Shown here piece by piece: positions 1-10,266 of a stretch of 64,000 nt of DNA (position 1 is its first letter; every line of letters begins with the position of its first letter). The position numbers were made by a program, and so were the translations under genes. The notes below the pieces were generated by a model. It was not told the DNA's origin, searched no databases, and was given only the letters and a program-made list of their open reading frames with translations. Origin of the DNA: Rebecca billardiae RCC1528. Taxonomy: Eukaryota > Protista > Haptophyta. The stretch spans positions 372,001-436,000 of the forward strand of contig OZ251242.1 of assembly GCA_965240325.2 (NCBI GenBank). The letters are read 5' to 3'.

Positions 1-365
1 ACCTCAGCCGGATCGGCCGTGTCGTCTTGCCCAAGGAAGACGCGCTCGTGGCCTTCGGTGAGGTCGCCGCGAGCGCCAAGCTCCAAGTGCGCGTGCGCGA
101 CGTGTATCAGCGCGAGTTCACATTCGGGTACCGTGTGTGGCCCAACAACAACTCGACCATGCACGTGCTCGAAGGCATGCGGCCATTCTTCAACGCGGTC
201 GGCGTGCAGCCGGACGACACGTTTGTGCTCGCGGTCGATGTCAACAACAACTTCCAGGTTGGCGTCATTCACGGCCCCTACGATCACAAGCAGCGAGCTC
301 GCAAGAAGAAGAAGACCGGGGTGAAGGCGTATCCTCTGCTTCTGCCGCCGCCCGTCGTGGGCTAG
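1..365 (+). CDS. B3 (ABI3/VP1-type) DNA-binding domain protein, 5'-truncated by window edge
   Basis: Frame 3 is open from the window start: LSRIGRVVLPKEDA...VRDVYQREFTFGYRVWPNNNSTMHVLEG. This matches the ABI3/VAL B3 signature GRxVLPK...F(R)YRxWPNNxSxMYVLE. Basic NLS-like RKKKK before the stop at 365. Confidence 0.8.
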   Translation, partial: LSRIGRVVLPKEDALVAFGEVAASAKLQVRVRDVYQREFTFGYRVWPNNNSTMHVLEGMRPFFNAVGVQPDDTFVLAVDVNNNFQVGVIHGPYDHKQRARKKKKTGVKAYPLLLPPPVVG

Positions 366-1989
366 CTGTACCTGCGCAGTGGAAGCAAGTATTGTCTGCC
401 GTCTCATGCATGCATGCGCCCGCGCGCGCGAGGGCTTTGCCCATTGTCATCGTCAGCTCTCAAATCTGGATCCGCTTGTGGCGCACATCGGCGAGGCGCG
501 ACGTCACAGCAGAGTATGTGTGTGAGCAAAACGCGCCGCATGCGAGGAAGCCCGAGCCTTGGCCTCTTCTGCATGGCCCAATAATCGATCATTCAACGTC
601 GACATGTTACGACATGTAGACATCTGCCGTTGGTGAACTGCGTGTGCAGGACCTATGGTGCAGGATTCACTCGCGAGCTCAAGTTTCGGCGGGTTGCTCG
701 AACGGGTCGCCCCTGACAAATGCGATGATGACAAATGATGTGCGCTCTGTATAGCTCGTACTCTCTGATCCATCGGCGAAGGGCGCGAGGCATGCATGAT
801 GACACCTGCATGGCTGCATAGAAGTACGTATGACAGCTATAGAGTGCCAATGTGCCAAATTGGCATTGATGTCCGTCTGACGTGAGAGTCAGCCTTGACA
901 CCATTCGCTGATGACTGCGTGATGATGATGTTTCCGGATTGATGCGTCAGTCAGATGGTGATGTGCGTACAAGCGCATAACTAACGCGTTTCGAAGTTAT
1001 CGATCTTATTGACGATCTATAGCAGTAGACTGGACAGTGCAGCAGGCTACTCTTTCTCCCACTTCTTCCCAACTCGGGGCTCATCAATCGCATCAATGTC
1101 TGACTCCTGGCAATAAAGAGCTGGTGGAAGCAATTCAGACTCCCACCGTGTGCTGACTACTTAGTAGTCGAGTCGTGACTACTGTAATGTCAGTCACTGA
1201 GGCTCGCGGCACGCCTTTGACTGAGCAGTACTCTGTACCGGTTCGGGCGTGTACTGGTACACCAGGCGCTGATGATGATGATTGATGGAAACAGTGACAG
1301 TACAGGGATATGTCATGCGACTAGGATTCCTCTCAGTGAAAAGTTAAACTGCAGTCGCGGCCTGCACTGAATCATTATCATATGCCAGTCCCGACTGTCC
1401 GAGCGGGCTCGGGGTCTGACTGACCCGTGACCGGCTGACCGCGCCCGGCCCAACAATTATAAGCTCGTCGCGTACCGAGTCTGAGTCTCCCTCGAAGGCC
1501 CCGAAGAGCGGAACGGCAGGCTTGAAGCTCACAGACGAGGGCGGCGTGGGGCACTTGTGCAGAAAGCGCGCCTGTGCTTTCTAGGAATCTAGCGACTGGA
1601 GTGTCCACGCGGAACTCGTACACCAAGGGCGGTCGTACACCATCCCACAATCAGAGGATGCACAGGACATAGACTTGGGAGCCGGACCAGCCGGTGGAAG
1701 TGGTCGTGAGTTCGGAGGAGGTTCCACCTCTCAACTCCAGAAATCTCCCTGCCAGAAGATGAATGGGTACATCCGAAATCAGGCTTGATCAGCCAATGAG
1801 AAGCGCTCCTATAGTCACCCGGTGCACACACACGCACGTCATCAGCAACATGATTGGTCGCCCGGCAAAACGGTGCCGAGTTGAACAATAATCCTCGCAT
1901 CGCGGTTCGTGGCAAATACATACCTCGCGCGACGCCGCGGCCGAGCCGCGCGGGCGAGACCCGCCGCGACCTCCTCCGCCGTCCAAGGG

Positions 1990-3952
1990 ATGCTCGCGCT
2001 CGCCAGGGCCGCGCGCCCGCTGACGCGGCGAGCGCCGCCGGCGCTCTTCGCCCGCTGCGCCAGCGCGGCGGCTGCCTCCGCCCCTGCCTCGATGTTCTGC
2101 TTCCAGTGCGAGCAGACCTCCGGCGGCACGGGCTGCACGACCGTGGGCGTGTGCGGCAAGACGCCCGACGTCGCCGCGCTGCAGGACCTGCTCGTGTACC
2201 GGCTGAAGGGGCTGGCGGGCTGGACGGCGCACGCGCACGACGTGGCGGGCGGATCGACGCCCACCACCACCGCCGCCACGCACCTCTTCCGTGCCGCCAT
2301 CTTCTCCACGCTCACGAACGTGAACTTCGACGCGCCTCGCTTCCAGGAGTACGTACGCGACACGAACGCGATGCTCGGCGAGCTGAAGAGCGAGGTGGCG
2401 GCGAAGGGCGGCGCGCCGCTGGAGGAGCCGCCCATGCTCCCGTGGTTCGACGGCGCCGTGCCGCACCCATTCGCGTGGGACATGCCCCCCGCGGACGAGG
2501 GCTCGCTCGACCGCCTCGTCGAGCTTGGCACGCAGGCGGGGATCGACGCCCGGCGCGCGCGGCTGGGCAACGAGACGCTGCTCGGCCTGCACGAGCTGGT
2601 GACGTACGGCGTGAAGGGCGCGGCCGCGTACGGCCACCACGCCGCCCTGGGCGGCGTGGACGAGTCCGCCGCCACCCTCGAGATCATGCGCTCGCTCGCG
2701 TTCCTGTGCACGCCCGCCGCGGCCGAGGTTGGGAATGTTCTCGGCCAGGCGCTCGCGGTCGGCGGGGCGAACATCGCGATCATGGGCGCGCTGGAGAGCG
2801 CGCACACGGGGCTGTTCGGCCACCCGTCGCCCACGCGCGTGAGCAACACGCCGCGCGAGGGCAAGTGCATCCTCGTCTCCGGCCACGACCTCACCGACCT
2901 GAAGGCGTTGCTCGACGCGACCGCGGGCAAAGGCATCTCGGTGTACACGCACGGCGAGATGCTGCCGGCGCACGGGTACCCCGGGCTGCGCGAGTACGAG
3001 CACCTGGCGGGGCACTTTGGCGGCGCGTGGTACCGCCAGAAGCACGACTTTGCGCACTTCCCCGGCGCCATCCTCATGACGACCAACTGCGTGCTCGACC
3101 CGCCGACGGTGCGTGCGCGCGCGCCGGCGTCGCGCGCCCCGCCGCTCGCCGCCGGCGCCCCCCCACCCCCACCCGCGCCTCGCGCGCGATTGACGCCGCG
3201 CCGGCGCGCGCGCGCGTGCGCAGGGGAAGGCGGGCGCGTACGCGGCCAACCTCTTCACCACGGGCGAGGTGGGCGTCAAGGGCGTCGCGCACTGCGCGCC
3301 CAAGCAGTTTGACGCGCTCATCGAGCGCGCGCTTGCACTGCCGGGCTTCACGGCGACCGACGTGGCCGAGAAGGCCGACGCGCCGACGCACCTCGTCGGC
3401 TTCGGGCGCGAGGCGACGATCGGCGCGGCACCGGCCGTGCTCGACGCCATCAAGGCGGGCCACCTCAAGCACATCTTCCTCATCGGCGGCTGCGACGGCT
3501 CGGAGGGCTCGCGCCGCTACTACCAGCGTGTGGCGCAGAAGCTTCCGCAGACGTCGATGGTGCTCACGCTCGGCTGCGCAAAGTACCGGCTGCTCGGGCA
3601 CGACTACGGCACGGTGCCGGGCACCGAGCTGCCGCGGCTGCTCGACATGGGCCAGTGCAACGACTCGTACGCCGCCGTGCAGGTCGCGCTCGCGCTCGTG
3701 CAGGCGACCGGCGCGACGTCAGTCAATGACCTGCCGCTCTCGCTCGACATCTCGTGGTTCGAGCAGAAGGCCGTCGCCGTGCTGCTCTCGCTGCTGCACC
3801 TCGGCATCACGGACATCCGGCTCGGGCCGCAGCTCCCCGCCTTCCTGACGCCCGAGGCGCTCGAAGTGCTCGTGAATGCATACAACATCAAGCCAGCGGA
3901 CCTCAAGCACCCGGAGGAGGACATCGACGCGATGCTGCAGCACGGTCACTGA
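1990..3952 (+). CDS. hcp: Hybrid-cluster protein / hydroxylamine reductase; join(1990..3108,3224..3952)
   Basis: Motifs MFCFQCEQT..GCT..GVCGK, ILVSGHDL, VYTHGEMLPAHGYP, TTNC, GGCDG, LGCAKY, LLDMGQCNDSY, SWFEQKA. A GT-AG intron at 3109..3223 joins the two ORFs in frame (PPT|GKAGAYAANLFTTGEVG). Arg/Ala-rich N-terminal extension. Confidence 0.95.
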
Positions 3953-4203
3953 TCAGACGGATCCGGTCAGCGAGCACCGCCGTCGAGACTCAGACAGACG
4001 GCGAAGTTCCGCGCGACCGCTCGTCGATGGATGCGAATAATTATGGCGCCCCCCCCCCCCCCCCCCCGAAAGGTCTGAGCGTGAGCCGGAAAGCCGGGGC
4101 CGGGGGGGGGGGGGGGGGGGGCGGCGCACGTGGCTCCGCGCAAAATCAAAACTTAGAGGCGCGGATACGACGATGCGCGCAGGATTTTCGTCTATCAGCC
4201 GCC

Positions 4204-4253
4204 TACAGTTTTACTAAGAATAATAAAGAGACGCACACAGCTCAGGCAGGCGA
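4204..4253 (+). repeat. ~45-bp dispersed element, copy 1 (solo)
   Basis: tacagttttactaagaataataaagagacgcacacagctcaggcaggcga; near-identical to the copies at 8364, 39287/39351, 43651 and 50563. Confidence 0.9.
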
Positions 4254-5424
4254 AATTGGCCATTGGGTGTTTTTGTACGGCGGGTGCGGATTATTTAGGT
4301 GGCCTAGCTGCTGTTTGAGCAATATACATCATTAATTGAATAATCAGCAATAATAATATTCAAACATTAACAATAACAGCGGGGGCCTGGCGGCCTTGTC
4401 CCGGTGGGGCTGGTCGAACACAGCGCGTCTAGGACGCGACGGAGAAGCTTCCTTCCCATGGCCGGCAGACCCGACGACGATGGGACGAGTTGGCGCCGTA
4501 GTTCAGCGCTGTAGAACGGTTATATATATATATACCAACAAATATGTGCCGTGACGGCGACATCCCCCGACGAATCAGGAGACCGGCGTCGTCCTACTCC
4601 TCGGTGTCAGCGGCCCCTGCAGGCAAGTAGGCTGCTGCGGGCCGGCTGTGACGCGGACTCGGAGGCGGGCTTCATTTGGGCTCGGGCTGCCCAATCCGGT
4701 ACTCGGTAGTGAATCCCATGAGCCACCACGGGCTTATATATGTACCGTCTGCGCAGTGATCGCGCTCGGCCCGGCCGCAGCCGGCTCCTGAGCGCGCGCC
4801 GCTCACTCAGAGCTGAGACTGATCACGGGCAGGCGCACGAGTATATATATATCGATCTCTCGTCTCCGATGTCGTCCGAGCCCTCCGTTGCTGTCTGACT
4901 CCGAGTCCGCGCGACTTGAATTATAATATGGCCGGTCCGGTCCGCGAGCGGGTGATGCCAGTCATCACTGACTATACCGTTTACCGTTAACTCGAGTTCG
5001 GAGGCGAAAATATATATCGGCCGCATGCTATAATAGCGCGCCAAATACTAGGACGGGCCAGGCCACACGGCGCCGGGTCACATTCACTCACATCGCCGCG
5101 TCGAGTCACATCGCCATCGGCGTGACTGAGTCGCGGCCCGGAAGTCACGGGCCGCGATCTGCCCCGATGGCCCGACGATTCCGCGGGATGACTTAGTGAC
5201 AGCAGAGTGGCTGATATATGTGGTCAGAGACGAGGGCCGCGCCAGTCAATGCATCAGCAGTAACAGTAATTCAGCCATCAGCAACTTCCACGTCAGAGAC
5301 AGGGTGCAGTCAGTGACTCAGTTAGTGAGTCAGACAGAGTGTCGGCAAAGTAACTGTTTGTGCGGACGAGTGTCGAGTCCCGGAGAGAACCAGGATCGTG
5401 CGCAGCGGCGGGCGCCACCGGAGC

Positions 5425-6078
5425 TCATCGAGACACGGCAAAGCCGCTCGGATTGTCGCTGCCGTGCAGCGCCGCGACGTAGTTGTCGTTGTTGATCGTG
5501 TCGACCGTCTGCAAATAGTCGGCGATGGCAGCTTGCCACATCACGCGCTGCAGCAGCTCAGCGGCCCCGGGCAAGGCTGCTGCGTGCGCTGATGCCGCCT
5601 GGACGGATACGCCCGCAAACGCCTGCGATTGCAACATCCACCCGCTCACTTCCGCCTGTGCTGCGTGCCCCACATCCGCTGCTTGCGCTGCGTACAGCGC
5701 AGCCGCATCAGGATACACGCCTGCTGTCGCAGTAGTAGTTGTTGTTGTGGCTGTTGCTATCGGCTGCGCCGGGAGGGGGACGGAGTGGGCTTGCGCGACG
5801 CGCCGATGCAGGTCCAGGGCGTCCGACCCCTGCAGGGTTGTGACCGGCAGCGCAGCGGGGCCGTGCCGCTTGCGTATGCGCTGCCGCCGGTTCTGAAACC
5901 AGATGCGCACCTTGTGTGGTTCCACATCGAGGACACTCGCGATCGTCGCGACCGTGAACCGGCTGGGAGTGTTGCACTCTTCGAAGACCGCCTCGAGCGT
6001 GACCTTCTGCGCGGGCAGAGGTCGCCATCGTTTCTGTCGAGTGCGCGTTGCGTCGTCGTCGCCGTCAAGGGCGGCCAT
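5425..6078 (-). CDS. Homeodomain transcription factor (intronless)
   Basis: RTRQKRWRPLPAQKVTLEAVFEECNTPSRFTVATIASVLDVEPHKVRIWFQNRRQR; helix-3 WFQNRR. ATG taken at MAALDG (6078). Confidence 0.9.
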   Translation of the reverse strand: MAALDGDDDATRTRQKRWRPLPAQKVTLEAVFEECNTPSRFTVATIASVLDVEPHKVRIWFQNRRQRIRKRHGPAALPVTTLQGSDALDLHRRVAQAHSVPLPAQPIATATTTTTTATAGVYPDAAALYAAQAADVGHAAQAEVSGWMLQSQAFAGVSVQAASAHAAALPGAAELLQRVMWQAAIADYLQTVDTINNDNYVAALHGSDNPSGFAVSR

Positions 6079-6549
6079 GTCGATGTGGGGAGGCGTACGT
6101 TCACGACGATCTGTGCGCGCGGATCGAGTGTGGGTGGATGCGGGTTGAGCTCGGCGAGGTAAATTCAAGGTAAACCAGAGTACCCAGCTAGACCCATGTT
6201 TCTTGAACTGGCGGGCGCTTGCACACTCATACATGAGGTGGAACGATATGTGAGCCCAACCACGTATCCACTAGAAGGTGAGATGCAGTATTCATCAACG
6301 TTTCGGATATAATACTGGTGCCGAGATTTGAGTGCTCCATGTACTCAATTTACCGAATGTTTTCGAATGGTCAGGGGGGAGGTTGATGAAGCTCCCGGCA
6401 TCACTATTACTATATGCGCTTCGACGACCGCGAGATTTGATTAGTGACGGTTCGTTCAAACAGCACATATCGGCGGATTCTGCGCTCTAACTAATTACTC
6501 AACTATACTCATTCTATCATTTAACGACACAAGTAGGACTACCGTAGTA

Positions 6550-7143
6550 CAGGTGGATACGGGTGATCTGGACAGTGGCCGACCCAACTCACGCGGAGGC
6601 CTCCCTGGGAGCATTGGGGTCGAAGGGGCGCCAGGGACGGACTTCAGGGGGTCCCTGGAGTTCCGCCACAGCGCGCTTTCTGCGCTGCGGGCCCGTCTCC
6701 GCGCGTGGCGGCCGCAATGGCACTGTCCAATTAGCCCCTGGCACTGGCTGAGGCATGGGAATCGAGCTCAGAGACGCGCGCGCGGAGGAAAAGCGTGTGC
6801 AGCGGCTCGGACGGTTGCTCTGGGACCTACCCACGCCAGCGCAACCGCGCCTTGCCTCGGAGTCCGCCCTTCCTGAGTCCGCGCACGCGCCTTGCGGCTT
6901 GAAACGCTGGCGTTCGCCCTTGTGCGCGGGACTCACGAAACAAGGCGAAGGCGGCGAGAAGCGCGACCTGGCGCGTGCGCAGACGACGTCTCACGACCAG
7001 GTGAGTTCAGCGAACATCGTGCGCCGTCGTGGCGACCCGCCAGTGGGCGCTCGTGCTCGTTCGCCCACGAGCCCTCGCCACGAGGCCCGCCGCCCGCTGA
7101 GTGTCCAGATAGCCCCTGTGTCCAGTTAGCCCGTATCCACCTG
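6550..7143. mobile_element. Tc1/mariner-type MITE (594 bp)
   Basis: TA|CAGGTGGATACGGG...CCCGTATCCACCTG|TA: 14-bp perfect TIR extending imperfectly to ~25 bp, TA duplication, and internal GTCCAnnTAGCCC copies near 6725, 7104 and 7120. Confidence 0.85.
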
Positions 7144-8363
7144 TAGTAACATCTATCGTAAACCTCACTCATGATTCCCTACAAAAAGAATAGTAGTTGA
7201 TCAAGGAGACTTTAAAAAGTGGGTTATTTGTAAGACCCCTTGAGTTGATGTCCGCTTGGGAATTACTCGCATCAATTCACTTATTTTGATACCGGTACGA
7301 AACGCACCCGCCCGTTCATCCTCCACCCAGGCGCCTGATGGCTGGAGCGGCCGCGCGTTGCGCGCATCCTCAGTGCACACTTGTAAGCGACCTTCGGCGC
7401 AGCAGACATGTGCCGCCTTGGGCCCTCCTTCGCCTGCTAGCGCGGCTCGACTGCAACGGTCGCCAAAGCCAAGCATTGCCTACTGAGTCCGCTTCTGCCC
7501 GCGACACGCGCTTCGGCTTGAATGCCCGCCTTGAGCGCGCGGAAACATGTACACTGGCCCTCTCTCCAGACAGCGCGCGCCTGGCTCCTGCAGCGTACTC
7601 TGTGCGATGAAGCGGTGGCGTAGGCGCCTGCCGGCCTGTTGTTGAAACGCACCCGCTCGGCTAGTAGTGAGGAGCATGGGCGCAGAAGACGCCGGGAAGC
7701 CGAGACATGAGCGCTCAGCGCCGGCAGGCTTTCTGAGGTACTACCAGACCAGCCCACCTGACGCGCCGTCGCACAGCCCTCGCCTACGCGCACGCGCACG
7801 ACCAGAGCAGCGAAGCTGCCCGCGCGGCAGACGGCCATGTTCTTTTTAAATGTTTTCGCTGAGTCAGCGGGCCGGCTGGGACGGGTGGAGCTAAGCCGAC
7901 GCGCGCAATGTGCTGAACCTGGAAGTGGCGGAGTCAGGCCAGTGGATCGGCTCGTCGTCGTCGACAACTTTATCTCCCCACGGTGCGGAGCGGCCCCGCG
8001 GCCGCCCCACGCTGCCTGCTCTCGCCGACGCCCAAGCCGAGCGGCAGGCCGCAGGTGCGGCGGCGGTCCGGTCGGCACCCCGCACCGCCGCCGCCGAACC
8101 GTGCCGGCTGACGTTGCTCGGCCCGGGCGGATGGCAATGTCCGCGGATGGCAGACAGGCAGTCACTCGTATGGCCGTGAATGCAGTAACCGCGCAGGCGC
8201 TACGCTGACGCCACACCGACCTCCATATACACCCGGGCGGCGCACTCGTGTCCAAGCCGCGGCGCGGGCGCCCGGCGCCGCCAGCACTCTGCGCCGCGCG
8301 TCGGCGCGGGAAGTCCGAGCGGGGCCGTGCTGCTCAGTCAATCGTGTAAGGCCGAGTGGCCGA

Positions 8364-8403
8364 TACAGTTGACTCAGGAGAAGAGACGCACACAGCTCAG
8401 GCA
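8364..8403 (+). repeat. ~45-bp dispersed element, copy 2 (solo, diverged)
   Basis: tacagttgactcaggagaagagacgcacacagctcaggca. Confidence 0.8.
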
Positions 8404-8565
8404 CCCTCTGGACTGATTAGATAATGAGGTAGCTACGTGTGCTCACTGCTCAGCCGCCATCGTGCTGAAGTCGGCTGAGCGGCGGGAGAGGAGCGCGGGC
8501 CGCGTCGCGTGGGGCTGTGCCCTCGCCGGCCGGTCGTCCGCGCCGCCCGCGCGGCTGGGCGCGGA

Positions 8566-9891
8566 ATGGGTCACCTGGAGGGCAAGGCGCTTCCGCTGGC
8601 GCACATCCTGCTCCCGCGACGGCGGCAGCGCGCGGTACGCTACGCCCTCGCCGCCGCACTGCCCGCGCTTGCACTCGCCCACTGGCTCGCAGGCTTCACC
8701 TCCACGCGATGCGGCTCGATCGACTGGTCGCAGCCGACGATCGACGACATGGGCTGGCGTGCGGTGCCTCGGCGCGCGTTCCCGCATGCGCGCTTCGACG
8801 AGAGCATGCGCGAGTACGCCAAGTCGCCCGTGCTCATCCAGAACGCGATGGACGGCTGGCCCGCGCTGGCAGGCTGGACGCCCGCGTCGCTGCGCGGCCG
8901 GTACGGCAATAAGAGCGTCGAAGTGTTCTACTGGGGCGCGACGGGGCTCGACTGGCACGCGAAGACCGAGATCGAGGCGATGCCGCTCGCGCAGTTCGTC
9001 GACGAGCTCACACGCGCCGCCGCGCAGCCGGCGGCAGCACTCGCGGCGGGCGCTCCGAGTGGGCCGCGCGCTCGCGCCGGGTATGTTCAGGAGTCAAGCT
9101 TCCTTGAGGAGGAGGAGGAGGAGGCGGGCGGCGAGGAGGAGGGCGAGGGCGGCGGGGCGGAGGGCGAGCCGCCCTCCGCCGCGCGCGCGGGCGCGTCGCG
9201 CGCCGCCGCGCCGCCCTTCGAGCCTCGCGCGCTGCCCGCGGCCGCGTCGGCGCCGCCGCCGCCGCCGCGCGTCCTGCGCGCCGCGCGGCGGCGCGCGCAG
9301 CAGCACGTGCCGCCGTCCAAGGCGCGCGCGTGGCAGGACGTGCTCTGGTTCCCGCACGCGCCGCTGCCCGACGAGCAGATCGCCTCGCTCGAGTCTGCCT
9401 TCTGGATGGGCGCCGCCGGCGTCGGCACTGGTATCCACTACGACGCGTCGCCCGCGTTCCTGCACCAGGTGTTTGGCTCGAAGCGCGTCGTGCTGTGGCC
9501 GCCGAGCGCGCGGCGCGCGCTGTGCATCTCGCCCAAGTACAACTACGGCGCGGAGCTCTCGACGGTGGACGCGCGCGCGTTCATGGGCGCGGAGGGCAGC
9601 GCGGCCGCCGCGCACGCCGCGCGCCGCGCCGACGCAGTCCGGAAGTGCCCGGACTTCGCCGCGCTGCCCAATGCCACCGTCGACCTGCGGCCGGGCGAGA
9701 CGCTCGCCATCCCTCCGGGGTGGTACCACGCGACCCTCACGCTCGACACGTCGATCTCGGTGGCGGTGCGCGTGCAGTCGGCGTGCCAGCGCCGCGCCGA
9801 CTGGCTCGACGACCTGCTTCTCGCGCTGCACAACGCGGGGCTGTACAAGCGCGGCAACTGCGTGTGCCACGATGCCGCCGCCGAGGAATGA
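8566..9891 (+). CDS. JmjC/cupin-8 2-oxoglutarate-Fe(II) oxygenase
   Basis: PVLIQNAMDGWPALAGWT, GTGIHYD (HxD), LHQVFGSKRVVLWPP, LRPGETLAIPPGWYH. The low-complexity middle (~9180-9300) may be an in-frame intron. Confidence 0.85.
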   Translation: MGHLEGKALPLAHILLPRRRQRAVRYALAAALPALALAHWLAGFTSTRCGSIDWSQPTIDDMGWRAVPRRAFPHARFDESMREYAKSPVLIQNAMDGWPALAGWTPASLRGRYGNKSVEVFYWGATGLDWHAKTEIEAMPLAQFVDELTRAAAQPAAALAAGAPSGPRARAGYVQESSFLEEEEEEAGGEEEGEGGGAEGEPPSAARAGASRAAAPPFEPRALPAAASAPPPPPRVLRAARRRAQQHVPPSKARAWQDVLWFPHAPLPDEQIASLESAFWMGAAGVGTGIHYDASPAFLHQVFGSKRVVLWPPSARRALCISPKYNYGAELSTVDARAFMGAEGSAAAAHAARRADAVRKCPDFAALPNATVDLRPGETLAIPPGWYHATLTLDTSISVAVRVQSACQRRADWLDDLLLALHNAGLYKRGNCVCHDAAAEE

Positions 9892-10266
9892 CGACAAGGG
9901 CGACGGTTGAGGACGCCTGCTACTCTGACTCACTCGGTCGACAGCGCGACGACGCGGCAGGCCGGGCGATTCGGTGACGACGTGGCTCACGTGGCAGGCC
10001 GGGCGTGCGGTGCGCACGCGCCGATGCACAGTGCGGCACGGCGATGGCTTCCACGGCGCTGCGATCTACACGACGGCGGCTACGATAGTACGACGACGAC
10101 TGACCCATATCGGATTTGGCACTGTCACGGCCAGGCTCCTTCGCCACACTCACAGGAGGACAGCCTGGTGTCGTCTGTCGACGCCAGCAGGCGGACGGAG
10201 TAGCGCGCGGCAGCATTCCGGAACCACTACTTCAGGTCCGGAGCCGCGGACTCGTCGTCGCTTGCC

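Noticed and set aside
1344-1850. Coding-like fragments upstream of hcp, also at 27600-28260 and 41436-41882
   Set aside because: Short, interrupted and without a motif I can identify; possibly old TE or viral debris, but unsupported.
1789-3483. Long overlapping ORFs around hcp, and similar ones across RPAP1, 46-56 kb and 60-63 kb
   Set aside because: Arg/Ala/Pro-rich shadow frames caused by extreme GC content; the real gene is in another frame or strand.
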